The translations under genes were made by a program, and so were the position numbers. The notes below the pieces were generated by a model, which did no database searches, had not been told where the DNA came from, and saw nothing but the letters and a program-made list of their open reading frames with translations. A stretch of 64,000 nt of DNA, from contig CAVNZM010000016.1 of assembly GCA_963693365.1 (NCBI GenBank), forward strand, positions 6,121,029-6,185,028. Direction: 5' to 3'. Below, piece after piece: positions 25,715 to 38,528 of this stretch. How positions within the stretch are numbered: position 1 is the first letter of the stretch; each line of letters opens with the position of its first letter. Source of the stretch: Amoebidium appalachense. Lineage: Eukaryota > Protista > Ichthyosporea.

Positions 25715-26168
25715 ACTCTTTATGTAGTCAATCAATAGCTTCTTTTAAATCTTAATTTTTAATGCGAGAATAGTATTTGTAGTCTAGTGTAGATTAGTCA
25801 AAGCAACTATGCACATGAGCAAGAAAGCTTAGTATATGACACCTTTTTTTAATGATTTTTACGTGTATGTGTATAATTGATGGAAAGGTTATCCACAACA
25901 AAATCTCACTGGCGATTTTAAGAAACCTGCGCTGGACGCGGGTTGATATCCAAATATATCCAATATAAATTTAGCGAATACTGATGCCCAAGCAGGTAGC
26001 TGTACACACGGACCACCCTATCAAATCAATCACACCCGTAGAACACCGAACCACGCACGAACACACACAGACACACATGTACGCATGCGTTCACGCTCAC
26101 ACATTTACTTTTCGTGCGCACACATACACAGACACAACCTAACCCCTTTCTGACACACACACACGCAC

Positions 26169-26199
<31 letters not shown>

Positions 26200-26384
26200 T
26201 GTACATACCACACAAATGCACATATGCACATACACACATACGCCCGCGCACACGCGCGCATAGTCACACAGGCACTGTTTATTACTGCTCAAGCATGCAC
26301 ACACACACAAACACACAGAAACTCGATGCACACGGTTACAGATCTATGTATCTTTATAGTGGAAAACGCAAATGCACTGCATAT

Positions 26385-26661
26385 TTAAACCAACCACCGC
26401 ATCTCCCAAGTTTAAACAAAATCGAGGTTGATCCGATCGAGGATTCCAAATTGTCCTGGCGCCGCCTAAGAAATTATCGAACTTATCAAGCGATCGAGGG
26501 AGTGACGTCATTCTGGGCACACTTTTCCCAGAATAACGTCACTCCCTCGATCGCTTGATAAGTTCGATAATTTCTTAACCCACGCCAGGGCCATTTGGAA
26601 TCCTCGATCGGATCAACCTCGATTTTGTCTGAAATGGGAGATGCGGTGGTTGTTGGTTTAA
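26385..26661. mobile_element. Palindromic (foldback) MITE flanked by TTAA, copy 1
   Basis: TTAA-ACCAAC...GTTGGT-TTAA, with ~130-bp arms pairing around a short loop near 26520. Confidence 0.75.
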
Positions 26662-26804
26662 ATCCTCATGTGCTGATATGAAAACGCACCCACGGCCACG
26701 CACTTCCTGCTGAGGCACATTCAGCCGCACACAACTTAACCTTCAGTTGCACAACTGGATAGCGAGGAATATTCCAATTTTTTTATTGTTTTTTAAATAC
26801 CTTT

Positions 26805-26900
26805 TTTTTTTTTCGCGCCAAAACTTCCCACCAGAATTTCCATATTTGGCTTATCGGTGCGATCGCGCCCGAATTATTAGTCCATACAATATTTTTGAGA
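26805..26900 (+). repeat. Dispersed repeat, copy A (homologous to 34661-34755)
   Basis: CGCCAnAACTTCCC..AATTTCCATAnTTGG..TGCGAT..CGAATTATTnGTCCATACA..TTTTTGAG is shared by both copies. Confidence 0.75.
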
Positions 26901-27759
26901 TTGCGATATTCCTACTTTTTATTACTTTATCTACTTGGTACTAAGAATCAGCTTACAGCCCTTTCGTCTCCCTAGTTTCATCCCGTCCTCCCCGGCCCCT
27001 TTCCTCCTTCGAGCCCCCGCCCCCTCCCCCCCCCCCCCCCCCCTCCCCCCCTTCCTCCCCACCTCCCTTCCCACTCCCCAAAGAAACAAGAGTTTGAAAC
27101 AACTACGATAATCATAGTCAAGGCTCACTATTACTCCCCATAAAAAAGCCTCTATGAATTTTATGAATTACTTCGATAAAAACCAGTGCGCGCACACGTA
27201 CACACACGTACAAGGACTGCATGCATGGGCACAAGCTTACCTCCTGCGTGCACGCGCAGAAGACACACAATTACAGGGGTTTCTTCTAGGCCGATTTATT
27301 GTAATGACTTTTTGGTCCTCGGGTCGGGCCAAATGCTGTTTGATGCGCACCAGGCCAATCACATTGCATTTTTTTTACCTGGCATTCGACCCGCGCGTCT
27401 CACCCGACCTGAATGCCTTAAATAGAAAACACCTTTAATTGCCCCCGAACCCAGCTCTTAAACTTCCTCCCGCTCCCTTCCGCTCCCCCCCACCCCACCC
27501 CCCATCCCCCACACCCCCCACCACCACCAAAACTCCCCCCTCAAATCCCCCCTTGCGTAACACGCTTTATCCCAACTCCCCCCCTCAATCTGCCTCCCCC
27601 CCCCCCCCCCTCTCTCTCTCCTCCCCCTCCCCCCACCACCCACCCCACCCCCCACCCCTCCTCCCACCCTCCTAGCTTCTCTCCACACCCATCCACCCAA
27701 CCAACCGACACCAACACCTGCCTTACATGCACGAATGTTCAACTTACATCTCTGCTAAC

Positions 27760-28032
27760 TTAAACCAACCTCCGTATCTACCATTTTAGACAAAATCGAG
27801 GATGATCCGATCGAGGATTTCGGATGGCCCTGTTGCGGCTCTTGAAATTCTCGAATCAATCAAGCGATAAAGGGCATGACGTCATTCTGACGTTTTGTAA
27901 ACAAATGACGTCACATCCTTGATCACTTGATATGTCCGAGAATTTTAAGTAGCCGCGTCAGGGCCATCCGAAATCCTCGATCGGATCATCCTCGAACGGG
28001 GCTTAAAATGGTAATTACGGACCTTGCTTCAA
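27760..28032. mobile_element. Palindromic MITE, copy 2 (same family as 26385-26661)
   Basis: Starts TTAAACCAACC and shares AAAATCGAGGnTGATCCGATCG and TGACGTCATTCTG with copy 1. Its arms are self-complementary. Confidence 0.75.
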
Positions 28033-28143
28033 GACGAGTAATTTGGAGCTCTTTCTTATGTTGAGCCGCAACAGCGTTTTCTGGATCTGGAGATGAGCTG
28101 GTATACACTCAAAAAGCTCCGTTTTCTTCCTTTTCTCGCAGCG

Positions 28144-28177
<34 letters not shown>

Positions 28178-28285
28178 CCCCGCCCTGCCCCTTCCACCCA
28201 CCCACCCTCCTCCTGCCCCATCCCCCCCCCCCCCCCCTCCACACACACACACACCCTTTCCCCTTTTCTTTCCCTCTTTCTTCTT

Positions 28286-28356
<71 letters not shown>

Positions 28357-29000
28357 TCTTTTTTTTGCGGTTAGACAGGGTTGGCCGGTGGTAACTAACC
28401 CATGAATTTGTTGGGTTTTTTTTTTTCAATTAATCGCCTAATAGGTGTGCAAATAAGCCCCCCCCCCCCCCCCCCCCGGGCCCTACATTCTGCAGATAAG
28501 AAGGGGGGGGGGGGGGGGGGGGGGGGAGTTTGCACTATGCAAATAAGGGTTGAAGGGCTACATTAGGAAAATACGGGGGGGGGGGGGGGGGGTTGCACTC
28601 TGCAAATAAGGGGGTTTTAAATTGTACACATGCATATCAGAAGTCTAAGGCTTGGTGGTTGGGAAGAATGCTCGGCTGGGTTTGAATCCGAGCATGGAAG
28701 CGTGTGCAGGGGTTTGTGCCTGCCGCAATGATGTTAATTGGTGGATGGAAGGCTTTGATGAATTTCGTGTTTTCTGTCCTTTTTTGTTTGATATTTTCCC
28801 CTCTTTTGATTAGTCACGGTTTCAAAAGTCACTCCGTTACTCGATTCAAGTCCATTTTGTTTTTGGTTCGAGGGGGGGAAGGTGGGGGGGTAGAGGGGAG
28901 ACGACTTATAGTGCCCTATCCGACAGAATGCATTAGGTGAACAGGTGGCAAACAATCATTTTCAACTTGTGCCCCGGAGCGCCCCCCCACCCCCCCACGA

Positions 29001-29362
<362 letters not shown>

Positions 29363-29564
29363 TCCAATACTAGGGGAAAAAACAAACAAAAAAAAAAAAA
29401 AACGCTTCCGATTGCCATCGGTCAAGCCAATCAAATGTTGGGCCACGTTCAACTGTTCCTTCTCAGTTATAATATTGCCCGTGGCTTCTGTTTCCCAGGG
29501 TGCATCAAAGCAGGGCGGATACGGTTAAGGGGACCCAGGGAGGGGGTGAGTGGGTGGGTTGGAA

Positions 29565-29595
<31 letters not shown>

Positions 29596-29632
29596 TGGAG
29601 TGGTGGTGGTGATTGGAGGGGGGAAGGTGTGT

Positions 29633-29663
<31 letters not shown>

Positions 29664-29786
29664 GGGGGGGGTAAACGTTGCAGGGCCTGAATGCCTACTG
29701 GAGCCCTTGCGTCAGTGCCAATGAGTTTTTCAGAAAGCCACTTCGGAAGCTTATTTCAATTATTTTTTATTTCTTCCCGCCCCGTG

Positions 29787-29826
<40 letters not shown>

Positions 29827-30678
29827 TTCCAGCTATAGGGGAGAGGAAGGTGGAGACTCTTGAAGATTGGACAGGCAAAGTGAAGGAGACTTCAAAAAAA
29901 AAAAAAAAAAAAAAAGGATAAGATGGGACTCCCGGAGGTTTTTGAAGGTGCAAGCATGAGATGTTCAACTTGGCAAAATATCAGAGCATAAAACGGATAT
30001 TGTCTGCCTTAGGGAGGATAATTCTGCATTGCGTAGGCTCCTAGAATTCGACTAAAAATTTAAAGAGCAGAATTAAAATTCTACTGATGCGCGTCAGCCC
30101 GAATCGATATAGATTTTGCATGGTGTCAGCAAACTTTTGACGGTGGAATAATTCTGCTTCAAAGCAAAAGCAGCCTGATAAGTCATGATTATTGATGCAT
30201 GGGTGCTGCTCGAAAAGCTGAACTCCCGGTTCTGCTGATATGGTTGGCACTTAATTCAATCCCCGGAGTTGCCGGACTACGAGGGAGTGCAGTAAATCTG
30301 AGCAGGGAAATCATACAGCGGGGGAAAAGTTACATATCTTATGAAGCCGTTGAACGTGCAATGCACATTCATGTCGCGGGGAGGATAAAAGCTGAGGATA
30401 TGGGAATGGTGGTAGTTGGTTTTTATTTAATTTTATTTTGAATTAAATTAGGTCCAAATTTGGCCGTGCTACTGCCTATATGAGAAGCCAGACAAATCTG
30501 ATTAGCGACTCGTCTCATAAATCATATACATAGTGCCGGATCATTGCCATTTTAGGAGGGTTGCAATTGCCATATATAGTAATGTTGAATATCCCCATGA
30601 TCTGGAACAGGCTCGAAAATGGGACGAGGGTGCAAAGGACGAAGAAGGCTGGGGCTGTGGATTGTACATGCATGCATG

Positions 30679-30725
<47 letters not shown>

Positions 30726-30838
30726 GGAGGGTGGGGTGGGTGTGGGGTGTGGGGGGATGTGGGAGGGGAAGGGTAGGGGGAGGGAAGAGGGGGGATCTGG
30801 TACGGGCGCTGCACAACACGGTTTGTGAGTGAGTGTGA

Positions 30839-30932
<94 letters not shown>

Positions 30933-31311
30933 ATGTGCATGTATCTGTTGCAACTTTTCTTACCCTAGAATGTTATGTGTTTGCCATTACTGTTATGTTT
31001 TTTCGGTCAGTGCTAATGATTCGCTTGGCAATTAATAGTCCGTTTGTGCCCATTACAAAGGGAAACTGTCAAATACACAAAGGGCCTTATTACATGTATA
31101 CAACCGAGAGGTGTTTCTAACTTCACTTTTCACTCAATTGCCCTTCTGCACACAAACGTGCTGGCATAACAAAGCATTCATAACAACAGTATTCAGCCAG
31201 TCTAAAACTAGCCTAAGAACCAAAGGCACAAACTCACTTGAAATGGCACTGTAACGAAAACATGAGCCATTCACTGAACTGCCACCACAATTACATTTAG
31301 CTAACTACACT

Positions 31312-32583
31312 TCATACGACTTTGCTGATGCTGCATTGCATCACCACCCCACCCGTCTCATGAGCCACCACATCCCCTTCTTCACGCCGCTTACTAATAC
31401 TGTCCGCTTTCCTTACCACCTCAATAACGTCTTGTGCAATTGACGTTCCCTCACCCATCCTGGGGCCATGATGCGTCGATACCTCGCTCGTTCCCTGGTT
31501 TCTCGTGGGCCACACAGAAGCATATGTGACTGGTTGAACGCGAGAATAATGCACCAAAATAAACAGACTGATCTGCAGGCCGAAGATTAGAAAACCGCAA
31601 TCATCCAGTAGAAGTGTTCGAACAGTGGGTGTGTCATCTGCACAATGTGTTGCCAGTGGTTTGTTATACACGGTAACCATTACTGTCGAAATCCACGCCG
31701 TAACGGTGCCGATCAACAGGAAGGTGAAAACGCAAACTGATTTCAAAGTCATTCTCCGTTGGAATGTGTTGTGACTATTTCCAATGGTCGGGCCCATAAC
31801 GGACGTGTTCCGTTCAACCCCCGCTTGCACATTCACCTTAGGTAACCGTTGATTGTTCTTGTCATTGATTCCATCAACTGACTGTCCGTGTGCGAGAAGT
31901 AGTCTCATTCTCCGGCGGCTGTGATGAATTAGACGTATGGTCTGGACTGTATGGATACCGAATAGAGCCGTTATCGTCGTAACGCAGAGCGTCATCAACC
32001 CGCTCAAAGAACACGCATGGAATTTAGCGCTGAGTATACCTATGGCGTGCAGTAGTGTGATAAGGCAGCATAGGGCTATGGAGAGTCCGATAACGGTATA
32101 GGCGGTTCCTAGTGCCGCCCATTTGCTAAGGAAAAGCGTGTGTGCGGTTGCTTTAACAGAAGTTAAGGGTGCCAGCCGTTGAGACAGTAATGATTGCCAC
32201 TTCACCATCGTTAAAGCAATGCCCAGTAGGAAGACGAGGCAAGTCAGGCAACGAAGGAAGTTAAACGATGTTTTTCCATACAGATCTCTGTACGAGAATG
32301 GGTCGGCCACTGTAGGCAACATGAAAAGCGATGATGTCAGTGCAACGAATACGATATGTTTTTCGTGTGGGCTGTCTAACGGCCGGAGTCCTGAACGTTT
32401 TACGTGTTGCCAAAACACGCACGATGTGTATAGCAGAAGCAGACATAGAAAAAAATTGTGTGTCCAGAACGGGATGTCATGGTGGGGACCCATGGATGCC
32501 GCCCAAGTCACGTTGCAATTCAAGGTAGTGTAGAATTTGGGGCACTGCATGCACTCCCCTGTGCTTGTGTTCGTGGTAGACAT
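31312..32583 (-). CDS. Intronless seven-transmembrane (GPCR-like) protein, ~423 aa
   Basis: Repeat-free ORF from ATG 32583. It has N-terminal N-glycosylation sequons (NTS, NVT), seven hydrophobic segments, a long basic loop between TM5 and TM6, and a polar tail. Confidence 0.7.
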   Translation of the reverse strand: MSTTNTSTGECMQCPKFYTTLNCNVTWAASMGPHHDIPFWTHNFFLCLLLLYTSCVFWQHVKRSGLRPLDSPHEKHIVFVALTSSLFMLPTVADPFSYRDLYGKTSFNFLRCLTCLVFLLGIALTMVKWQSLLSQRLAPLTSVKATAHTLFLSKWAALGTAYTVIGLSIALCCLITLLHAIGILSAKFHACSLSGLMTLCVTTITALFGIHTVQTIRLIHHSRRRMRLLLAHGQSVDGINDKNNQRLPKVNVQAGVERNTSVMGPTIGNSHNTFQRRMTLKSVCVFTFLLIGTVTAWISTVMVTVYNKPLATHCADDTPTVRTLLLDDCGFLIFGLQISLFILVHYSRVQPVTYASVWPTRNQGTSEVSTHHGPRMGEGTSIAQDVIEVVRKADSISKRREEGDVVAHETGGVVMQCSISKVV

Positions 32584-34660
32584 TTTATTTTTTAGCTTGG
32601 GCAGTACTTTTAGTGAATGATTTGGCAAAGTGGCCAAGGGATATAGGCTGCAGGTTGCGGTGCTACTGACCCACAGCTACTTGGGCCTATAGGTAGAAGA
32701 GTATGGCATGGTGCAGCAAAATCATATTACATGACACCATTCGAAGACGTGTGCCATTCAGCGACATTGTGGTTTCGCCCCTGCTGACAAGGACAGTAAG
32801 TGATGCACTATACGTATCCAAAAATCACTTTGCAGAACTGTTGTCTAAGTTGCGCATACAAACGGCACTATTGATACCACAACAAGTCTCCCACGCTAGA
32901 TGCTATTGTACTGTTGCTGTGTGTGTGCTGTGGTTCGCACTATAGTTTTGAATTGGAGGTATCCTACCAAGTGACTTGTAAGCTGAGCCAAAACGTACTT
33001 ACAACGACAAAAAATCTACACTTTACAACTGTGTCGACGATTCTGCCAAAATGCCATAGTTGACGGCGATATCGATGAGGATCTGTTGAGGCCGTTATCC
33101 TGGGCTACAAAAATGACCGTAGATTGAACTTCATTCATTGAAGACGGACGGTGTCGTGCATGCCGCTAATTTTTGAGGCTAGGCTCAATCCTTTTGCACC
33201 AGAAAACCCTCACCGAGCCAATATTTTCAAGCAAATATAGTATGGTAGTATGCGTCAGATATGTTGGTCCACGCAGGTTAGAGGTAACTACCAGCTTGGT
33301 ACCAAACATGCCGGTCTAAGGCGCCCTTACCCAGCTGCTAATAGCACACCCTGGCAGATCAGAATACTGGAGTCGATCCTATGGAATGATAGGTATGTGA
33401 GCGTAGGAAATGAATTCCGAACAAATGAGATGAACACTTTAAATGTCCCCACCTATTTAATAATGCAACAAAGAAATACAATGTCGAAAAAAATACAGGC
33501 TCTTCTTTTCCCTCCGATTATATTCTAAAGAAAACTCTACAAATCCTTAGTCGGTTCACTTATTAATTACCCCCGGGCCGGTCAACGGCGACCGTATCAG
33601 GCTGGTGTGGAAGGTCTCATGTGGAATGCATCCTGGCATGACGGTCAGAGAATCGAGCGGTGCGCAGTGCAGATCTCATGCTATTTAAGTTGTTATACAT
33701 GGCGGCTTAAAGGGCCGAAAAAACCTTCTTAATGAAGCTTTGTCCGCGTCCAGAGAATTATCGATCAATACTTTCGCCTTCATTTCTGTGTACCTATCTA
33801 ATGACCACAATCACCAATTCACCATGTGTTCGGAACCATAATCATCATCACACGAGAACATCGGAATGCAAGGAATGCGCTATCATCCCCGCCCGGGTCG
33901 ACACAACTCTGCATCATGTGCACGCGTGCACGTGTGGCTTGCGCGGCAAACAACTGGCGCAAGCAATTTTTCTTGTTATATAAAAATACTATATAGAAGT
34001 TACATAATACTTCCATCTCCACGGTGAACGGTTGTACTAGAATCTCACTAATCATTATTCTCTTAGTTGCACTTAGAGCCAGGCGTGTTCAGTTCTTTCA
34101 TTTGAAAAAGTATTGGACAAATTTTCATATTGGGCGGAGCCGTGCACGTGTGTGACACATGAACTTCGAAGTGTGTGTGTGTGCGCGCGCGTGCACGGTG
34201 TGTGTCTGTGTGTGCCATCATCCATGGCCATGGCCCACGGGGGGGCGCGGGCGCTTTTGGGCCGGGGGGAGGGGGGGGGGGGGGGGGAAGGTTCGGCCCA
34301 TTCGGTCGGTGACACAGCGGCAAACTCTGCAAAACTTGAAAAGGGGCACATGAATACAGTTGCACAGTGTGCACAATCATGACAGTGCGCATGCGTCTAT
34401 CTGCATGGCAGTGCTGTACATGTATTATTATTCATCATCGCTAATATAAACACTATAAACTTTGCCCCCCCCCCCCCCCCCCCCCTCCAGATTGCCAAAG
34501 AAGGTCGGACGACTACTCGCTCGGATTGAATTGGCTATTTAATACCATTACCGTAACCACCAAACGTTCCACGGCTGACTTTGTGATACAAAGAGAAAAA
34601 AAGAAGAGATACGGCTGACCTTGTTACGTATTCTTTTTTTTTTAAGGCTTTATAAAAACT

Positions 34661-34755
34661 TTTTTTTTGCACGCCACAACTTCCCGTCCAAATTTCCATA
34701 CTTGGTTAATCGTGCGATTGCACGCGAATTATTGGTCCATACAGAAGTTTTTGAG
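34661..34755 (+). repeat. Dispersed repeat, copy B (homologous to 26805-26900)
   Basis: Aligns by eye with copy A. Confidence 0.75.
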
Positions 34756-35341
34756 CGGCTCTCTACCAGAGATTTTCTTTCTTTGTCATCATGCATATGC
34801 TGCAGCTGCGATAAGCCTAGCTTTGAGCTCGTTGATCTATGGTATGAACAACCACCGACCAAGTTGTGAGGACCAAGTCATAGTTTATGCCAGCACGTCT
34901 GAGTACTGGTAGGAGTTTACAATGTGCATTTGATCAAATGCAAGAGCACTCTTGCAAGGCTGCATGTACCTCCTTGCCCAAGATACGATGAGTCCTGTGG
35001 CTATGTACATGTACACACACGTTTCACCTCTAGCTTATGTCGGTATTCAACACACGGGTTCATTAATATGGCAACGGCACAAAATTCAAAAAAAAAAAAA
35101 GAGACAGCACTACATAGGCAAAGACAATCGCATAATGAGACATTACTGCAATGTCCAAAATGACGCCCCGCTAGGAAACACCGACATAGACCTTAATTGC
35201 AAGTCACTACGTACTACTCAAACTTTTGTTTGTCATGCCAGGAGCGGCCATATTAATCGCAGATGATACACAAAAAAAGAAAAGAAAGCCCCTTCCCTTT
35301 AACGCACGAATAATCGTTTACTATTTCACCATTCACATAAC

Positions 35342-35776
35342 TTACATATCGGTAGCAGCACCGACCTTGTACGCAACGGTGGGAGCGATTCTGTGGATGG
35401 TAGTAGAAAACGATCGAAGATGGACCTCCTCTGGATTCTGGACGTAATGTGGGTCCGTTTCGTTCCACTGTTGCGGTGTCTCCATGTCTTTGTCGGCATA
35501 CACCAAAAGCTCGAATGTGCCTGTGTGGTTTGATGATGTTAGGGATATCATAATGGCGGGGTGATGAGCGGATGTATTAAAGAGGGGGTTGGGAAGGTTG
35601 TGTGTGTGTGCCTGTGTGTGTGTGTGGTGGTTAAGTGGAGATATGTGCCCCCCCCCCCCCCCGGGGGGGGGGGGGGGGGTGGGTGGGTGGGTGGGTGTTG
35701 GGGGGGAGAGTTGGGGGGGGGGGGGGGGGGATTCGCCACTGAAGGAAATTTTTTATTTTATTTTATATATACCATA

Positions 35777-35810
<34 letters not shown>

Positions 35811-36123
35811 GGAGGGAAGAGAAGAGGGTGTGTAAGGGAAGGCCTTGAGTGGCAAGGGAGATGCAACGGCCAGGAAGGGTTGAGGGATGTGGGGTGTGTG
35901 AGTGTGTGTCTGTGTGTGTAGGGCGACAAGGGGGGGGGGGGGGGGGGGGGGGGGAGGGGATAAGAAACAGGAAATACTTCTGTAAGAATAATATCATATT
36001 GAAAAACCGTGCAGGTGTATGTGTGTGCGCTTGTTGTGTAGCATTCAGATGCACACCTTGCAATCTTGAAAGATGACCCGGGTGAAGTGTGCGTGTGTGT
36101 GTGTGTGTTGGGGGGGGGAGAGT

Positions 36124-36162
<39 letters not shown>

Positions 36163-36728
36163 GTGGGGAGGGGGGTTATATAACATCGATATTGGAGGTT
36201 ATGGAATATTCTCCCAGCAACAGTGTCAGGTAAGGAGGAGGGGCGGCGGCGGCCAGAGGGGGGGGGGGGGGGGGGGGGGGGGGGGATTTAGCTTGATATA
36301 TGATGTGGAGGAGGGATCGCGCGGGTGGTATGTGGCAGGGAGGGGGAGAGAGGGAGTGGAGGTGTGGAAAAGATAATAAATTTTTGAGTCGACAATAGAT
36401 CTCTCTGCAGGGGTAAGGGAGAGCGGGTGATAGTGCCACAATTCAGTAGAAGAAATGAGGGGAGGTCGAGGGCAGTGGAGGGGGTGGTGATGGTGTGTGT
36501 GAGTGTGTGTGAGTGTACGTGTGTGTGTTTGTGTACGTGCGTGTTTGCTTGTTTTGGGAGGGGGGGAGGAGGGGGGGGGAGAGGGAGGAAGTGGGTAGGG
36601 GAGGCTTGGTGCCTACATTAAAGAATATAATGCAGGGCAGAGATTGGCATGCAATACAGCACATACAAAGGAGTTTTCAGAAGGATGACAAGAGCAAACT
36701 CCCCTTCAACCCTTCTTTGTGTGTGTGC

Positions 36729-36759
<31 letters not shown>

Positions 36760-37394
36760 CCCATGTCCGTGTGTGCTTGAGTGGGAGGGAGAGAGAGAGG
36801 GGGGGAGGGGGGGGGGGGGGGAGGGTGGGGAGGGGCGTACATGCGGTGTCTAGGGTGGGTAGGAATGTGTTTGAGGCCACAATCTGGCGAATCAAAAACT
36901 GAATTTCACGTTGGATGGCAGACTCCTCCTTTTGCTTGGGTGCACTGCATGCAACGAAATCAGAAGATGTACCTAAATACTGGCATCGCAGTTTGAAAAT
37001 TTGCAAAAAAAAGACATAAAGGGTCATCAATGAGTTATCAATCCCCCTCCTCCCCCCCCCCCCCCCCCCGCGCTCCGGCCCCCCATTCCTTTCCTACCAA
37101 ACCGCCCACCATCAGCATCGTCAACCCTCCCCCCCTCCACCTTGGGCCCCCAATCTGCATCACATCCACTCGTTGCTCGTAACGCCTTTCTACGGGGAAC
37201 ACGCAGCGAAAGTTCGGATCCCGAGTCGAGGAGATGTAAGGGAAAGCCGCGGTACCAGATACTAGAGTGTACCAATCGTACCGCACCCAATATAATCACC
37301 GCCCCCAACCGTCCCCCCCAAAACAAAAACAAACAAACAAACGAAAACAAACAAAACACCCTACTGGGGGTGCACGAACGTGCGCGTCGGCGCG

Positions 37395-37447
<53 letters not shown>

Positions 37448-38007
37448 TCCCCCCACCCCTTCTGTCTCCCTCTTTTGTTACTCCTCCTCATTTCCACTAC
37501 TGTGTTTAGCTTCAAGTAACACACGACCCCCCCCCCCCCCCCCCCCCCCTCTCAACACACACACACACACCACCTCCACTATCTCCGTCTTACCCTGATT
37601 TCACACTTTCCCACGCATTTACATACCATTTGCACTACCCCCAACAAAAACCCACCATCGGCCATTGTAGCAACACTAATATCAGCATCACAAAAAGCCC
37701 CCCCCACCCCCCCCCTCCCTCCCTCCCTCCAATCACCACATACATCAACTAAAACCCAACTCAACCAGTAACTTAATAACCATCGGAGCACAAAATTGGC
37801 ACAAATAACCTCTTAAAACAAACACACGATTCCATCCACCTCTCACTCGTGTCTACTGTGCAGATTTTCTCCCATGCTGTACGGTGAGAGGGAGGCAGTC
37901 AGTAAAGGTAGTGGTGGTGGTGGCGAGCAAAGGTGGGGTGGGTGGGTATGGGAAGGGGGGAGGGGAGAGAGATGGTGGAGGAAGGGGGTGTTTATGTGCG
38001 TGCGCAC

Positions 38008-38094
<87 letters not shown>

Positions 38095-38343
38095 ACCTTG
38101 TGGCAGTGACAGTTCTGTCACAGTCAATGTCAAACTGCCACCTCTCCAAGGCCTCCCCATTGTCTGCTCGGCTGATCAGAAGAATCAATTTCTGCGCATT
38201 GTGGTTGCCCAGCCACGCTGTGTGGGTGTGTGTGTACATGTATGTGCGTGTGTGTTGGGGGAGGGGGAAGGGGGGAAGGAGGGGGAGGGAGGGAGAGGGA
38301 GGGAGGAGGGGGAGATTGCAAGGGTGTTAATGAGTAAGGGGGG

Positions 38344-38375
<32 letters not shown>

Positions 38376-38473
38376 GGGGGGAGATTGCAAGGGTGTTAGT
38401 GAGTAAGGGAGGGCGTGAACCGTGTTTGTAAGAACAAGTGTGTGTTTTTTTGTTTACGTTTGTGTGTGTGTGT

Positions 38474-38528
<55 letters not shown>

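Noticed and set aside
28640-28700. tRNA or SINE-like B-box (GGTTTGAATCC) in a small hairpin
   Set aside because: No cloverleaf or convincing A-box could be built.
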